Virus record (IMG/VR): IMGVR_UViG_3300024232_000019
Coordinates: 1 to 47,756 of that record
Reading direction: 5' to 3' (one strand)
Origin: a virus
Taxonomy: Duplodnaviria; Caudoviricetes
DNA: 47,756 nucleotides
Shown here: piece by piece, positions 25,423 to 35,574 of the stretch
How positions within the stretch are numbered: position 1 is the first letter of the stretch
Layout: each line of letters begins with the position of its first letter
Notes under the pieces: model-generated
What the model saw: the letters and a program-made list of their open reading frames with translations, nothing else
Told to the model about the DNA's origin: nothing
Database searches by the model: none
Translations under genes and position numbers: made by a program

Positions 25423-26601
25423 ATGCCAGCAATCGGATCTGGCCTCGTCTCGACCGCTGACGTTCTCCCCGACGAGAAGGTCGTGGACATGCGCGAGGAC
25501 TTCTACGTCCTCGACCCGGACGAGTCCCAGTACACCACCTACGTGATGGCGACCGAGAAGAAGACCGCCACCCGCGAGATCGTCAACTGGCTGGAGGACG
25601 AGTACATGCCTCGCCTCTCCACCGTCGCGGGCGCCGGGTACGCCACCGGGGCCGCAGTCGCCATCACCGTCACTACCGGCCAGGGGCCGTACTTCGTGGT
25701 CGGCAACATGATCAAGAACATGCGGACGGGCGAGGGCCTCTGGGTCACCGCCATCGCAGGCGACGTGCTCACCTGCACCCGCAGCATCGGACGCATCGCC
25801 GCGACGGCGGGCCTGGCCGGGGACCAGCTTCTGATCGCAGGCTCCGGCTACGCGCAGGGCGCCGACTTCCCGCAGACCGCCGTGGTCAAGCGGGTGCTCG
25901 GCTTCAACTACACCCAGATCTTCCGCAACGGGTGGAATTTCTCCCGCACCGAGACGAAGATCAAGGAGTACGGCGGCGCCAACCCCGCCAAGGAGCAGGC
26001 GAAGAAGTTCGTGGAGCACAAGCGGGGCATCGAGTACAACGGCTTCTGGGGCGGGCGCGAGCAGATCGTGGACGGCGTCACCGGAGAGCCGGTCGGCTTC
26101 GCGGGTGGCCTGGACGACTTCATCACCTCGATCCGCCGCGACGTGAACGGCAGCCTCACCGCCGACTACCTGGACGACTTCCTCCGTGACGCGCTCGCGC
26201 ACGGCTCCAAGAACAAGGTGTTCTACGTGGCGCCGCTGCTGGCGCTCCAGATCTCCAAGTTCAACCGCTCGGGCCAGGGCGGGCAGTGGAGGGCGGAGCC
26301 GCAGAACAAGGCGGGCCTCAAGGTGGACGCCTTCATCTCGGGCGCCTACGGCTACGAGATCCCCGTCGTGGTGAAACGCGACTGGAACTCGTTCTCGACG
26401 GCGGGCAAGCAGTACGGCGGCTGGGGCTTCCTGGCCGACCACGACTACATTGCCGCACGCCCGCTCACCGACTCCGACACGCAGCTTCTGCTCAACCGCG
26501 AGCCGCGTGGCCGGGACGCCACCGCAGGCGAGTACCTGACGGAGATGACGTGGGAGATCGGCTGGGAGGCGGTTCACGCGATCCTCTACGGCGTCGTCTA
26601 G
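25423..26601 (+). CDS. Major capsid protein (DUF5309/SU10-like)
   Basis: WLEDE, NYTQIFR...SRTE, EHKRGIE, GGL..FI, GEYLTE. Confidence 0.9.
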   Translation: MPAIGSGLVSTADVLPDEKVVDMREDFYVLDPDESQYTTYVMATEKKTATREIVNWLEDEYMPRLSTVAGAGYATGAAVAITVTTGQGPYFVVGNMIKNMRTGEGLWVTAIAGDVLTCTRSIGRIAATAGLAGDQLLIAGSGYAQGADFPQTAVVKRVLGFNYTQIFRNGWNFSRTETKIKEYGGANPAKEQAKKFVEHKRGIEYNGFWGGREQIVDGVTGEPVGFAGGLDDFITSIRRDVNGSLTADYLDDFLRDALAHGSKNKVFYVAPLLALQISKFNRSGQGGQWRAEPQNKAGLKVDAFISGAYGYEIPVVVKRDWNSFSTAGKQYGGWGFLADHDYIAARPLTDSDTQLLLNREPRGRDATAGEYLTEMTWEIGWEAVHAILYGVV

Positions 26602-26620
26602 CCGGGGAGCCACAAACCGA

Positions 26621-26648
26621 GCGGGGGCGTCCCGGCTGGCGCCCCCGC
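26621..26648 (+). terminator. GC-rich hairpin after the capsid gene
   Basis: GCGGGGGCGTC / GGCGCCCCCGC. Confidence 0.5.
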
Positions 26649-26687
26649 CCGGTACAGCCGGAAACAGCCGACGACGAGAGGATGGGG

Positions 26688-27257
26688 ATGCGCTTCATCA
26701 GCCAGTACAAGCAGTTCGGGATGCAGGTCAGGGCGATCCGCGAGATGGTTCTCGCGACCGGCCAGGTGCAGGTTCAGGTGGAGCCGATCTACATCCAGTT
26801 CTGGCAGGGCGATGTCTCCGAGGCGGAGGTCGCCGCAGCCGAGTCCCACTGGGGCGTCTTCGCGGGGCGCACCGTCGAGCGCGACCAGATGACGCCCACC
26901 CCGCTGGTCAGCCGCCTCTCGGCCTTCGACACCGACGCCGACCACCACCCCTGGGCGAACGACCCGGCGGTGAAGGAGATGGTGGAGGAGACGCTGCTCA
27001 GGAAGGCCGGGGGCAAGGACTTCATCTACGTCCCCAGGCCGACGACGCTGCCGCCGTGGCCGAGCTACGACGAGTTCGCGGGCAACCTGAACGCCCTGCT
27101 GAAGCGCATCGAGGAGGACGGCTACACGCTGGAGTCCGTGCTCGCCTACGAGCAGTCGCCGGACGGGCCGCAGCGGGACGCCCACATCGCCTTCCTGGGC
27201 GAGGAGATCCTGAAGCGTGACGCTGCCGAGGAGGGCGGCGACTTCATCGGGGCGTGA
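26688..27257 (+). CDS. Hypothetical protein
   Basis: Follows the capsid gene; start at 26682 or 26688. Confidence 0.7.
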   Translation: MRFISQYKQFGMQVRAIREMVLATGQVQVQVEPIYIQFWQGDVSEAEVAAAESHWGVFAGRTVERDQMTPTPLVSRLSAFDTDADHHPWANDPAVKEMVEETLLRKAGGKDFIYVPRPTTLPPWPSYDEFAGNLNALLKRIEEDGYTLESVLAYEQSPDGPQRDAHIAFLGEEILKRDAAEEGGDFIGA

Positions 27258-27640
27258 GCGACCGCACCCTGAAGCCAGCGAAGATCATCTCGGCCGAGAA
27301 CGACCCGGCCCGCCTCGTCCTGGAGGACGGCCGGATCAGGCATGACGTTCTGCTGACCGTGGACGCCGAGACGCTGGAGCGGATGTCGCAGGGCTGGATC
27401 TGCGCCTACTGCACCGAGCCGCTCGCCCGTGCGTTCCCGCAGGAGTGCAACTTCTGCCGCTTCCCCGTTGCCGACCAACAGACCGACTACCTCACCAGGC
27501 GCTACGTCGGGGAGGTGCGGATCGGGTCGAAGATCAAGCTGGCCGACGAGGTGGAGCGGATGAACGAGCTTGTCGCTTACGAGCAGCGGACAGGGATCGC
27601 CCTGCCCGACTCCGTCTGGAATGGGAAGGGAGAGATCTGA
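27254..27640 (+). CDS. Zn-finger protein
   Basis: CAYC...CNFC. Confidence 0.7.
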   Translation: MSDRTLKPAKIISAENDPARLVLEDGRIRHDVLLTVDAETLERMSQGWICAYCTEPLARAFPQECNFCRFPVADQQTDYLTRRYVGEVRIGSKIKLADEVERMNELVAYEQRTGIALPDSVWNGKGEI

Positions 27641-27834
27641 TGGGAAAGGTGAAGATGATCAACTCGGTCGGGGAGTACGTTGCCGGGCAGGAGTACAACC
27701 TGGACGACGAGACATCTGACCGCTTCCTCGCGCTCGGCTACGCCGAAGGCGACGTGGCCGGGGACTACTCCATCGAGGAGTGGGAGGCGTTCGTGGCCGA
27801 GCAGGAGCAGGGTGTCCAGAGGGTGGATGCCTGA
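27640..27834 (+). CDS. Hypothetical protein
   Basis: TGATG coupling at both ends. Confidence 0.7.
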   Translation: MGKVKMINSVGEYVAGQEYNLDDETSDRFLALGYAEGDVAGDYSIEEWEAFVAEQEQGVQRVDA

Positions 27835-28250
27835 TGGCCTCCCAGCACTACAACTTCGCGCTCCAGGAATTCTGGAAGGGCACGCTCGGTGACATCACCT
27901 CGGCAGGCGTCCCGGTCAAGGTTCGGCTGATGCGCGTGTCGGCCTACACGATCTCGCAGGCGCACCAGTTCGCCTCGTCGCTCCCGGCCGCCATCGCCAC
28001 CGACGTGACGCTCGGCAGCAAGACCGCCAACGGGGCGGGAGCCGACCCCGGCTGCTTCGACGCCGCCGACGGCACCTTCCTCGCCGTGCCCGCAGGTGCT
28101 GCCATCGACTGCCTCGCCGTCTTCAAGGACACCGGTAACCCGGCGACCAGCCCGCTGCTCTTCTACATCGACGGCTTCACCGTGACGCCCAACGGCGGCG
28201 ACATCACGGTGCAGTGGCAGAACAGCGTCCCCTGGATCGCGAAGCTCTAG
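27834..28250 (+). CDS. Virion structural protein
   Basis: FDAAD...TPNGGDITVQW motif typical of phage structural proteins. Confidence 0.7.
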   Translation: MASQHYNFALQEFWKGTLGDITSAGVPVKVRLMRVSAYTISQAHQFASSLPAAIATDVTLGSKTANGAGADPGCFDAADGTFLAVPAGAAIDCLAVFKDTGNPATSPLLFYIDGFTVTPNGGDITVQWQNSVPWIAKL

Positions 28251-28261
28251 AGGAGCAGGCG

Positions 28262-28849
28262 GTGGCGGCGTTCACCGGCAACAGTGTCGTCGGCCAGGTC
28301 ATCGTCGGTGACGGCCACGTCGTCTCAAGTGGTCAGCACGGCGTCGTCAACGGCGTAGCGAGCGCTCAGGCGTTCGGGGCGCTCTACATCGCGATCACGC
28401 AGACGACAGGCGCGGGTGGCGTCCTCTCGGCCCAGAGCTTCGGGACGCCGAAGATCGCCTGGTCGCAGATCGTTCAGGTCCCCGGCCTGCCGCAGCAGAC
28501 GGGGCTGCGCTCCATCGTCGGCGGGGTCATCTCGGGCGACGGCCATCTCGTCGGCGGCACGGGGCTTCAGTTCGGCTTCGTCAAGCTCGTACCCGGCAGA
28601 GTCACGGTCGGCGTGCCTGGGCTGGGTTCGGCGCAGCAGTTCGGCAAGCCCTGGATCGCCTTCTGGCAGCCGCTGCCCGTGCTCGGCGTCCCCTCGGCGC
28701 AGCAGTTCGGCAAGCCGCTCGTCTTCAAGGTCTGGGTGCGGCCGATCTCCTGCATCAGCATCGACCTGCTCGCCGCCGTCCAGACTAATCTCGACCTGAC
28801 CGCCTCCGAGGCGGAAGACCTCGATCTTCAACCAGCGGGGTGCGACTGA
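28262..28849 (+). CDS. Fibre-like structural protein with SAQxFG repeats
   Basis: Four SAQ(A/S/Q)FG repeats. Confidence 0.7.
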   Translation: MAAFTGNSVVGQVIVGDGHVVSSGQHGVVNGVASAQAFGALYIAITQTTGAGGVLSAQSFGTPKIAWSQIVQVPGLPQQTGLRSIVGGVISGDGHLVGGTGLQFGFVKLVPGRVTVGVPGLGSAQQFGKPWIAFWQPLPVLGVPSAQQFGKPLVFKVWVRPISCISIDLLAAVQTNLDLTASEAEDLDLQPAGCD

Positions 28850-30171
28850 TGCCATACACAGGACAGACATGGACGGACGGTGTGACGCCGCTGGACTCCG
28901 TGCATATGAGCGCACTGGACGCGGGCGTCGTGGGTGCGGTGGACGTGGACAACCTCGCCGCCGCCGCCAGCCAGATCGTCGCCAACAAGCTGCTGGCCGG
29001 GGATGCCCAGCCCGCCTTCAAGATCCTTGGTGACGGCGCCCATTCCTGGGGGCCGGGAAGCTCGACTGCGCCGGACACGAACCTCTACCGCGCGGCTGCG
29101 AACACGCTCAAGACCGACGGCGCGTTCACGTCGGCGCTCGACGTGATCTCGCAGATCAACGCGACGGGGATGACACGGCTCGGCGGTGCAGGCCCGGGCG
29201 GCGAGGCCGGGATCAAGCTCGGCAACGCGGGCGACACGAACCTCTACCGCAGCGGTGCGCAGATCCTCAAGACCGACACCAACTTCCGCGTCGGCCAGTA
29301 CCTCGACGTGGACTTCGCCGGTGCCGGGTACCAGATCCGCTTCGGCAGCGCCGTGGACACGAACCTCTACCGCTCGCAGGCGGGCGTGCTCAAGACCGAC
29401 GGCCAGTTCTGGGCTAGCACCTACCTCGCTGCCAACAAGGGCACGGCGAATGAGGTTACGGTCGGCCACAACGGCGGCGCGGCGGCGGCAGGTTTTTACT
29501 TCAGCAACACGGGCGATACGAACCTCTACCGCTACGGGGCGAACCAACTCATGACCGACGGCTACCTCTACACGGGGCAGGCCGCGTACTTCATGCGAGG
29601 GTCTGCAACCCAGGTCGGCATCGTGGCCCAGGGCGGTTCGCAGGCCGCTCTCACTTTCGCGGGCGACACGAACCTGTACCGCTCGGCTGCGAACGAACTC
29701 AAGACCGATGGGGCGTTCAAGGCGGGGGGCGAAATCTGGGCTAGGCCGGGGGCTGCTGCCCAGGTCGTGATCGGGTCGAACGTCGGCGGCAACGCGGGCA
29801 TCTACTTCGGCAGCGGGTTCGACACGAACCTTTACCGCTACGCGGGGGCCGTGCTCAAGACCGACGGCCAGTTCTACGTCACTAGCTACGTCGCCGCCGC
29901 TCAGGGGACTGCGGGGCAGGCGACCACGGGAGGGGTAGGCCCGTCAGGAGCGGCCGGTATCCAGCTTGGAGGGGCGGGCGACGTGACGCTCTATCGCAAC
30001 TCGGCCACCGAGTTGAAGTCGAACGTCACCATCACCGCGCCCAACGTGAACGTGCAGGGCACGAACGGCGTCATGCTCTTCGGTGAGGCCGGTGTCCCGA
30101 AGGCCGGGAGCGCAGGCTCGTTCAAGATCACCGTGGACGGGGCCACCTACTACGTCCCCTTCTACCCATGA
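28849..30171 (+). CDS. Tail fibre/spike with DTNLYR repeats
   Basis: Six DTNLYR...L(K/M)TD units plus one degenerate. Confidence 0.8.
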   Translation: MPYTGQTWTDGVTPLDSVHMSALDAGVVGAVDVDNLAAAASQIVANKLLAGDAQPAFKILGDGAHSWGPGSSTAPDTNLYRAAANTLKTDGAFTSALDVISQINATGMTRLGGAGPGGEAGIKLGNAGDTNLYRSGAQILKTDTNFRVGQYLDVDFAGAGYQIRFGSAVDTNLYRSQAGVLKTDGQFWASTYLAANKGTANEVTVGHNGGAAAAGFYFSNTGDTNLYRYGANQLMTDGYLYTGQAAYFMRGSATQVGIVAQGGSQAALTFAGDTNLYRSAANELKTDGAFKAGGEIWARPGAAAQVVIGSNVGGNAGIYFGSGFDTNLYRYAGAVLKTDGQFYVTSYVAAAQGTAGQATTGGVGPSGAAGIQLGGAGDVTLYRNSATELKSNVTITAPNVNVQGTNGVMLFGEAGVPKAGSAGSFKITVDGATYYVPFYP

Positions 30172-30425
30172 TCGAGCCTTTCAAGTACCTGATTCAGCCT
30201 GTCGCTATCGAGCGCGACAGGAGCGGGCGTGTTGTGGCCGAGCGACCCGGCGAGATTTTCACCGTCTTCAGCGCAGCCCAAGCAGCGGAAGCGATCAACG
30301 ACTTCGAAGCTCAGCTTGAACGGCTGAGCGAGGAAGGAGAAAGACATGCCGGTGACCGAAACGATGGTGCTGGAGATCGTGTGCGACAACCCGAACTGCC
30401 CGGGCAACCAGCTAGATCCGGCTGA
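30168..30425 (+). CDS. Hypothetical protein (possible fibre chaperone)
   Basis: ATGA overlap with the fibre gene. Confidence 0.55.
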   Translation: MIEPFKYLIQPVAIERDRSGRVVAERPGEIFTVFSAAQAAEAINDFEAQLERLSEEGERHAGDRNDGAGDRVRQPELPGQPARSG

Positions 30426-30582
30426 CCGCACGGACTGGTTCTTCGTCAACCGTGAGGTCTACGGCTCGGTGACCGAGCAGTTCGTCTACTGCTGCGCCGC
30501 GTGCTCGGGGACGTTGCAGGCCGTCCCGGTCCCGCCGCCGACCGGGCCGCCCGTCGAGCTTCCTCCGCCCGAACCGGGCTAG
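30346..30582 (+). CDS. Cys-rich small protein
   Basis: AAGGAG RBS; CDNPNC...CCAAC. Confidence 0.65.
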   Translation: MPVTETMVLEIVCDNPNCPGNQLDPADRTDWFFVNREVYGSVTEQFVYCCAACSGTLQAVPVPPPTGPPVELPPPEPG

Positions 30583-30597
30583 GGGAAGGAGACTCCG

Positions 30598-31566
30598 ATG
30601 CCAGCGAACACGTCCGACTCCTACACCTGGAACGACGCTCCGCCGCGGGGTCATCCGATGGAGGGATCGGACGACTTCCCCGGCCCGCTCTACCCCCCTG
30701 ACGCCGCGCCCGCCTACACGCCCTCCAAGGACAGCCCGTTCGTGGTCGCGGTCAAGCGGGCCTGCGCCCACCTGGGGGCGTGGCCGTGGGATCCGCCCTC
30801 CTGGGACGACAGCTACTCCAACACCTTCGCGCACGGGCATGCGACAGACGCGCGGAAGGCCGGGGTGGAGGCGGTGCAGCGCTGGGCGGGCACGATGGAC
30901 GACACCGGCTTCGTCGGGGTCAAGACCTACAACTTCCTGCGCTCGGTGCTGATCCCGCAGGGGCGCACGCACGCCGGAGAGCCTGCCTGGGACTCGGTCT
31001 GCATCAGCCTCACCGAGCAGGCTTTCGACCTTGCGTATCCTCCCGAGCCGGACACGCTGATCCGTGAGGCGGCGCTCGACCTCGCCATCGCAGACATCGG
31101 CTACACCGAGGGCGGCAACAACGACAACAAGTACGGCCGCGCCTACGGTGAGAACAATGTCGCCTACTGCGCCATCGCCGCGACGATGTGGTATCTCGAC
31201 GCGGACCACCCGGTCGGGCTGAGCTTCCAGACCGTGAAGCAGGCCGGAGCGAACGACCGGCACGACTTCGTCCCCTACGTCGTCTCGGACGCCCGCAACG
31301 GCCGCTACGGCTTCTCGGTCACGTCCGACCCGCAGCGGGGCGACATCGTCGCCTACAACTGGGGCGGCTCAGCGAGCGCGAGCGAGTGGGAGTTCGACCA
31401 CGTCGGCCTGTTCGAAGAGTGGCTCGGCGGAGGCTCCTTCCATGCGGTCGAGGCGAACACCTCGCCCGACAGCGGCGGCAGCCAATCGAACGGCGGCGGC
31501 GTCTGGCGGCGCTCGCGCTCGACCTACGGGCAGGGCACGGTCTTCGTTCGGGTGCGAGAGCCATGA
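30598..31566 (+). CDS. Endolysin with CHAP domain
   Basis: NKYG..YG...YCA (Cys), DHVGL (His), EANT. Confidence 0.85.
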   Translation: MPANTSDSYTWNDAPPRGHPMEGSDDFPGPLYPPDAAPAYTPSKDSPFVVAVKRACAHLGAWPWDPPSWDDSYSNTFAHGHATDARKAGVEAVQRWAGTMDDTGFVGVKTYNFLRSVLIPQGRTHAGEPAWDSVCISLTEQAFDLAYPPEPDTLIREAALDLAIADIGYTEGGNNDNKYGRAYGENNVAYCAIAATMWYLDADHPVGLSFQTVKQAGANDRHDFVPYVVSDARNGRYGFSVTSDPQRGDIVAYNWGGSASASEWEFDHVGLFEEWLGGGSFHAVEANTSPDSGGSQSNGGGVWRRSRSTYGQGTVFVRVREP

Positions 31567-32243
31567 CCCGGGGCCAGATCACGAAGCGCGTCATGCAGAT
31601 CCTCGGCCTGGACGACACGGTGGGCGGGGAGGAGGCCACGCTCCTCCAGGACCTGCTCAACGAGGCGATCCTGGACATCTCGCGCCGCACCAAGCTGAAC
31701 ATGCGCTGCGTCGTCATGCACGTCCCGGCGGGGAACTCCTACTTCGACATGGATGTTCAGATCCTGACGATGATGGATCTGCGGCTGATGCCGGGCGAGG
31801 TTGCGCTGACCCAGCGACACGCCGACGAGGTGCTGGCCGACACGACCGGCTTGAGCTACTCCATCGTCGGCTACAACAGCCTGCTGCTCGCGGGAGGCAC
31901 CGAGAGCGACCGCACCCTGAAGGCGTGGTACGTGCCCAGGCCGATGAAGATGACCGATGACATGCAGACCCCTGCGGACAGTCTCTACGGGGGGATCCCG
32001 GAGGAGTTCCACTACACGGCGATCCTCAACTACATGCTCTGGAACGGGGCCGACTACGGCGACGACATCACCTCGCAGTCGGGTGAGCGCTACCGCCTGC
32101 TCTACGAGGGGGAGGACGGCCGTGGTGGCAACCTGCGCGACATCCACAAGATGATCAACCGCAGGGCCACCCCGGGAGGGCGCAGGGGCAGCCTCACCGA
32201 CAGCTACGTCTCCCACGACTACATCACCGTCGGGGGCCAGTAG
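31563..32243 (+). CDS. Head-tail adaptor-like protein
   Basis: LLNEAILDI...IPEEFH; position before the nozzle-like gene. Confidence 0.65.
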   Translation: MTRGQITKRVMQILGLDDTVGGEEATLLQDLLNEAILDISRRTKLNMRCVVMHVPAGNSYFDMDVQILTMMDLRLMPGEVALTQRHADEVLADTTGLSYSIVGYNSLLLAGGTESDRTLKAWYVPRPMKMTDDMQTPADSLYGGIPEEFHYTAILNYMLWNGADYGDDITSQSGERYRLLYEGEDGRGGNLRDIHKMINRRATPGGRRGSLTDSYVSHDYITVGGQ

Positions 32244-33833
32244 GTGCCGAAGGTCGCAGAGCTTGTCGGGCAGATCAAGGGCATGAACCAGGACGCCCCC
32301 AGGGACAACCTCCCCAAGGGCACCGTCTGGAACCTGCACGACATCCTGCCCTCCTCGCGGGGCGCGAACCTGCGCGGGCGGGGCGAGTGGCTCTTCCGCT
32401 CCACTGCCTTCCCCGGCGCCAGCTACCCGGACGTGGGCCTGTTCGCCAACTTTGAGAACCTCGTCTCCAAGCTGCTCTTCATCGCCAACGACGGGAACCT
32501 CTACGACGTGGACCCGAACGCCGCCGACACGACGGCCGCCTCCCTGGTGGGGATGGCCTGCCAGTCGTGGCAGAACCCGGTGCAGCACCGCTTCCGGGTG
32601 ATCGTGCCGAACTACACGGGCAACGCCCCCGGCAAGGTGGTGACGAACCCGGGGAGCTTCACCATCGCTGATCTGCCCGGCTCGGCGCTCACCGGGCGCT
32701 ACGCCACCGTCTTCAAGGACAGGGTGATCCTCGGCAACGCGGTCGGCAAGGAGCAGCAGGTCGCCTTCTCCAAGCCGGGTGACCCGACGGCGGCCTGGGA
32801 CCCGATCTCGATCATCAACACCTCGCTGCCGCTGACCGGGCTGGCGTCCCTGCGCGGCTCCATCCTCTGCTTCCACCGTGGCTCGATGGAGCGGCTGCGC
32901 GGCACCACCCCGCCCGACTCGACGCTCTCCAACCAGACCGGCGACATGGTGCTGGAGCCGTTCCCGGAGCGGATCGGCTGCGCCTCCCCGCGCTTCATCA
33001 CCTACTGGCGCGAGAACGTCGTCTGGGCGGACGAGCGCGGCGTCTACATGACGGACGGCTCGGTGACGACGAACCTCGCCACCACGGGTGGCGTCTCCCG
33101 GGCCTGGAAGAAGCTCTGGGAGTACAACCCGACGATCATGTCCGCCACCATGTACGGCGACTTCTACGTGATCTCCATGTACCTGGGGTCGGAGCCGACC
33201 GCCTACGACTCCAGGAGCGGCGAACCCTCCCCCGACCCGCTGGCGTCACCGCCCGTCTCCAACAGGGCCTTCACCTTCGTCTGCGACATCCCGACGCGGG
33301 CCTGGTTCACGATGGGCAACTTCAACGCCGCCACCTACGTCGCCACCCAGGGCGTCGGTGGCGAGAAGCTCTTCCTGGGCGACCACCTGAACCGCCGCGT
33401 GGTCGATCTGACGGAGACGTTCGACCCGGGGTTGGGGGGCAACCGCACCGACGGCGACGGGAGCAGGGTCAACCCGATCCTGGAGACAGGCTGGAATCGT
33501 CTTGGCCCCGCAGGCCAGAAGAGGGCCGTGATGATCTACCCCGGATACAACCTTGTGTTCTTCACGGGCCAGCAGTCCCCCCCCGTGATGAAGATCGAGA
33601 TGAACACCTCCCTCATCTCCCCGGAGTCGATCCGGTGGGTCGAGCTTCCGAAGAAAGCCAAGGCGAACCCGGAGTACATCCGGGCCAGGATCCCGGTGCG
33701 GAGGATGCACGACGGCTTCGCCTTCCGCTTCTCGATCCTGAACGACTACATGGACTTCAACCTGTTTGAGGTCGGCTTCGAAGGCTTCTCGGTCGAGCAG
33801 ATGCGCGTGCATGCGCAGGCAAGCAAGCCCTGA
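32244..33833 (+). CDS. Tail nozzle/stabilisation protein (P22 gp10 / T7 gp12-like)
   Basis: 529 aa, beta-propeller-like; IGCASP, WADERGVY. Confidence 0.65.
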   Translation: MPKVAELVGQIKGMNQDAPRDNLPKGTVWNLHDILPSSRGANLRGRGEWLFRSTAFPGASYPDVGLFANFENLVSKLLFIANDGNLYDVDPNAADTTAASLVGMACQSWQNPVQHRFRVIVPNYTGNAPGKVVTNPGSFTIADLPGSALTGRYATVFKDRVILGNAVGKEQQVAFSKPGDPTAAWDPISIINTSLPLTGLASLRGSILCFHRGSMERLRGTTPPDSTLSNQTGDMVLEPFPERIGCASPRFITYWRENVVWADERGVYMTDGSVTTNLATTGGVSRAWKKLWEYNPTIMSATMYGDFYVISMYLGSEPTAYDSRSGEPSPDPLASPPVSNRAFTFVCDIPTRAWFTMGNFNAATYVATQGVGGEKLFLGDHLNRRVVDLTETFDPGLGGNRTDGDGSRVNPILETGWNRLGPAGQKRAVMIYPGYNLVFFTGQQSPPVMKIEMNTSLISPESIRWVELPKKAKANPEYIRARIPVRRMHDGFAFRFSILNDYMDFNLFEVGFEGFSVEQMRVHAQASKP

Positions 33834-34531
33834 TGGCGGACGAGGATCGTTCCTACGATCCCGCGAAGGACGCGACCGCCCAGGAGCCGCTGACCGCGAA
33901 CGAGAAGAGGCTCGTCACCCGCCTGTTCGGGGATCCGTTCGCTTTCCCGATGGAGTTCAAGGCGTGGCTGCGTGGCTGGCTGGAGGAGGAGTTCCCCCGG
34001 ATCGGCACCCTTTCCACCCCCGCCGACTCGGGCGCGGCGGGCGCGTTCGTGCCCCCGGCGGGAGCGATCCTCGACTACGGCGGCGACACCGCCCCGGGTG
34101 GCTACGTGATGTGCGACGGGGCGGAGTACGACAAGACCTCACTCGTCTACCAGCGCCTCTTCAACGCCATCGGCTTCAAGTACGGGACAGGCTCGACCGG
34201 GAACATGTTCCGGGTGCCGGACTTCCAGGGCCGGGTGGCGGTCGGCAGGGGTGCCCACGCGGACGTGGACACGATGGGAGACAGCGACGGCCTCGCCATC
34301 GGGGCACGCTCTCCGAGGCATCGAAGCTCGGTGGGCGAGGCCACGATGGGATTCGACAACCAGGGCATTACCGCCGGTGCGGATGCGAATGTCACGCTCG
34401 GCTCCTCTACGGCTGTCCAGGAGTCATCTGTTCACCGCCACAACGTCACGGTCGGCCCGCAGACGGGCAACGAGCCTGTCGATACGCCCGCCTTCCTCGT
34501 CGTCAACAAGATCATCTCCCTCGGCTCGTAG
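33833..34531 (+). CDS. Tail collar domain protein
   Basis: PAGAILDYGG..APGGY..CDG...LFNAIG..YG...FRVPDFQGRV. Confidence 0.85.
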   Translation: MADEDRSYDPAKDATAQEPLTANEKRLVTRLFGDPFAFPMEFKAWLRGWLEEEFPRIGTLSTPADSGAAGAFVPPAGAILDYGGDTAPGGYVMCDGAEYDKTSLVYQRLFNAIGFKYGTGSTGNMFRVPDFQGRVAVGRGAHADVDTMGDSDGLAIGARSPRHRSSVGEATMGFDNQGITAGADANVTLGSSTAVQESSVHRHNVTVGPQTGNEPVDTPAFLVVNKIISLGS

Positions 34532-34545
34532 ACTAGGAGGTCTTC

Positions 34546-35574
34546 ATGGCAGTCGCCAAAGCTCAGCCGAAGCCGAAGGTCGTACTGTCACCAGGGCCTG
34601 CGCCCATCGTGAAGGCCGTCGTGCCGAAGGTCGTTGCACCTGCGCCGAAACCCGTCCAGCCTGCGCCGACCCAGCCGTTCTTCACTTACAAGCCTGGTGT
34701 CGGCGGCAGCAAGCTCGTCCTGAAGCCGGGGGAGACGCTCGGGTTCCAGGCGGGCAAGGGCTACTACGCGAAGCCCGCGCCCGTGGCGCAGCAGGAACCC
34801 GGTGACAGCGGCGGTGGCCCCGACTGGACCGAGAGCGACTGGGCGAACTGGGACACGGGCCAGAACTGGAACCCCGGCCCGAACTACGGCGCCGACCTCG
34901 TCGGCTCGCCGGACTTCACCGAGGCGAACGCCGCCTACGAGCAGAACGTGCGGCTGGCCCACGACCAGCGCCGCAACCGCATCCGGGCGGCGCTGATCAA
35001 GCTGGGCTTCCAGCCTGGGGGCGTGGACGCGAAGGCGCTGGAGGGGATCGACCCCTCGACGGCGGAGTTGGCACAGAACAACTCGGCCTCCGCGCTGGCG
35101 AGGCTGGGCCTGAAGCGCGGGACGGACCGCGCCGACCTCGCCGCCGACCTCGCCAGCCGGGGCCTGCTCGACTCGGGGGCGCTGCGCGGGGGTGAGAACA
35201 TGGTGCAGACCTCCTACGACCAGGGCCTGCTGGGAGCCACCCAGGACTACCTGAGCGAGCAGAATACGGCGCTCGGGGACGAGGCGCAGTCGCTCGCCAC
35301 CGGGCAGAACGTGTTCACGGCCGCGAAGGCTCAGGCGGCGCAGGCGGCGGCGCAGAACCCGCTCTTCACTCCGACCTGGCAGGCGGGGCCGCAGGGGCCG
35401 ACGCTCGCCCCCGGCCAGGGGACGAGGCCCGACCAGACCCCGGTGCTGGCGAAGCCCCCGCCGTTGGCGAAGCCCCAGCCGAAGGCTCCGGTCATCGTGA
35501 AGCCGAAGCCGAAGATCATCGTGAAGCCGAAGCCGCCGGGCGGGTCGAAGCTGGGATTCAGAGGGCTGCTCTGA
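34546..35574 (+). CDS. Putative internal virion/ejection protein
   Basis: LASRGLLDSG motif; K/P-rich ends. Confidence 0.6.
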   Translation: MAVAKAQPKPKVVLSPGPAPIVKAVVPKVVAPAPKPVQPAPTQPFFTYKPGVGGSKLVLKPGETLGFQAGKGYYAKPAPVAQQEPGDSGGGPDWTESDWANWDTGQNWNPGPNYGADLVGSPDFTEANAAYEQNVRLAHDQRRNRIRAALIKLGFQPGGVDAKALEGIDPSTAELAQNNSASALARLGLKRGTDRADLAADLASRGLLDSGALRGGENMVQTSYDQGLLGATQDYLSEQNTALGDEAQSLATGQNVFTAAKAQAAQAAAQNPLFTPTWQAGPQGPTLAPGQGTRPDQTPVLAKPPPLAKPQPKAPVIVKPKPKIIVKPKPPGGSKLGFRGLL

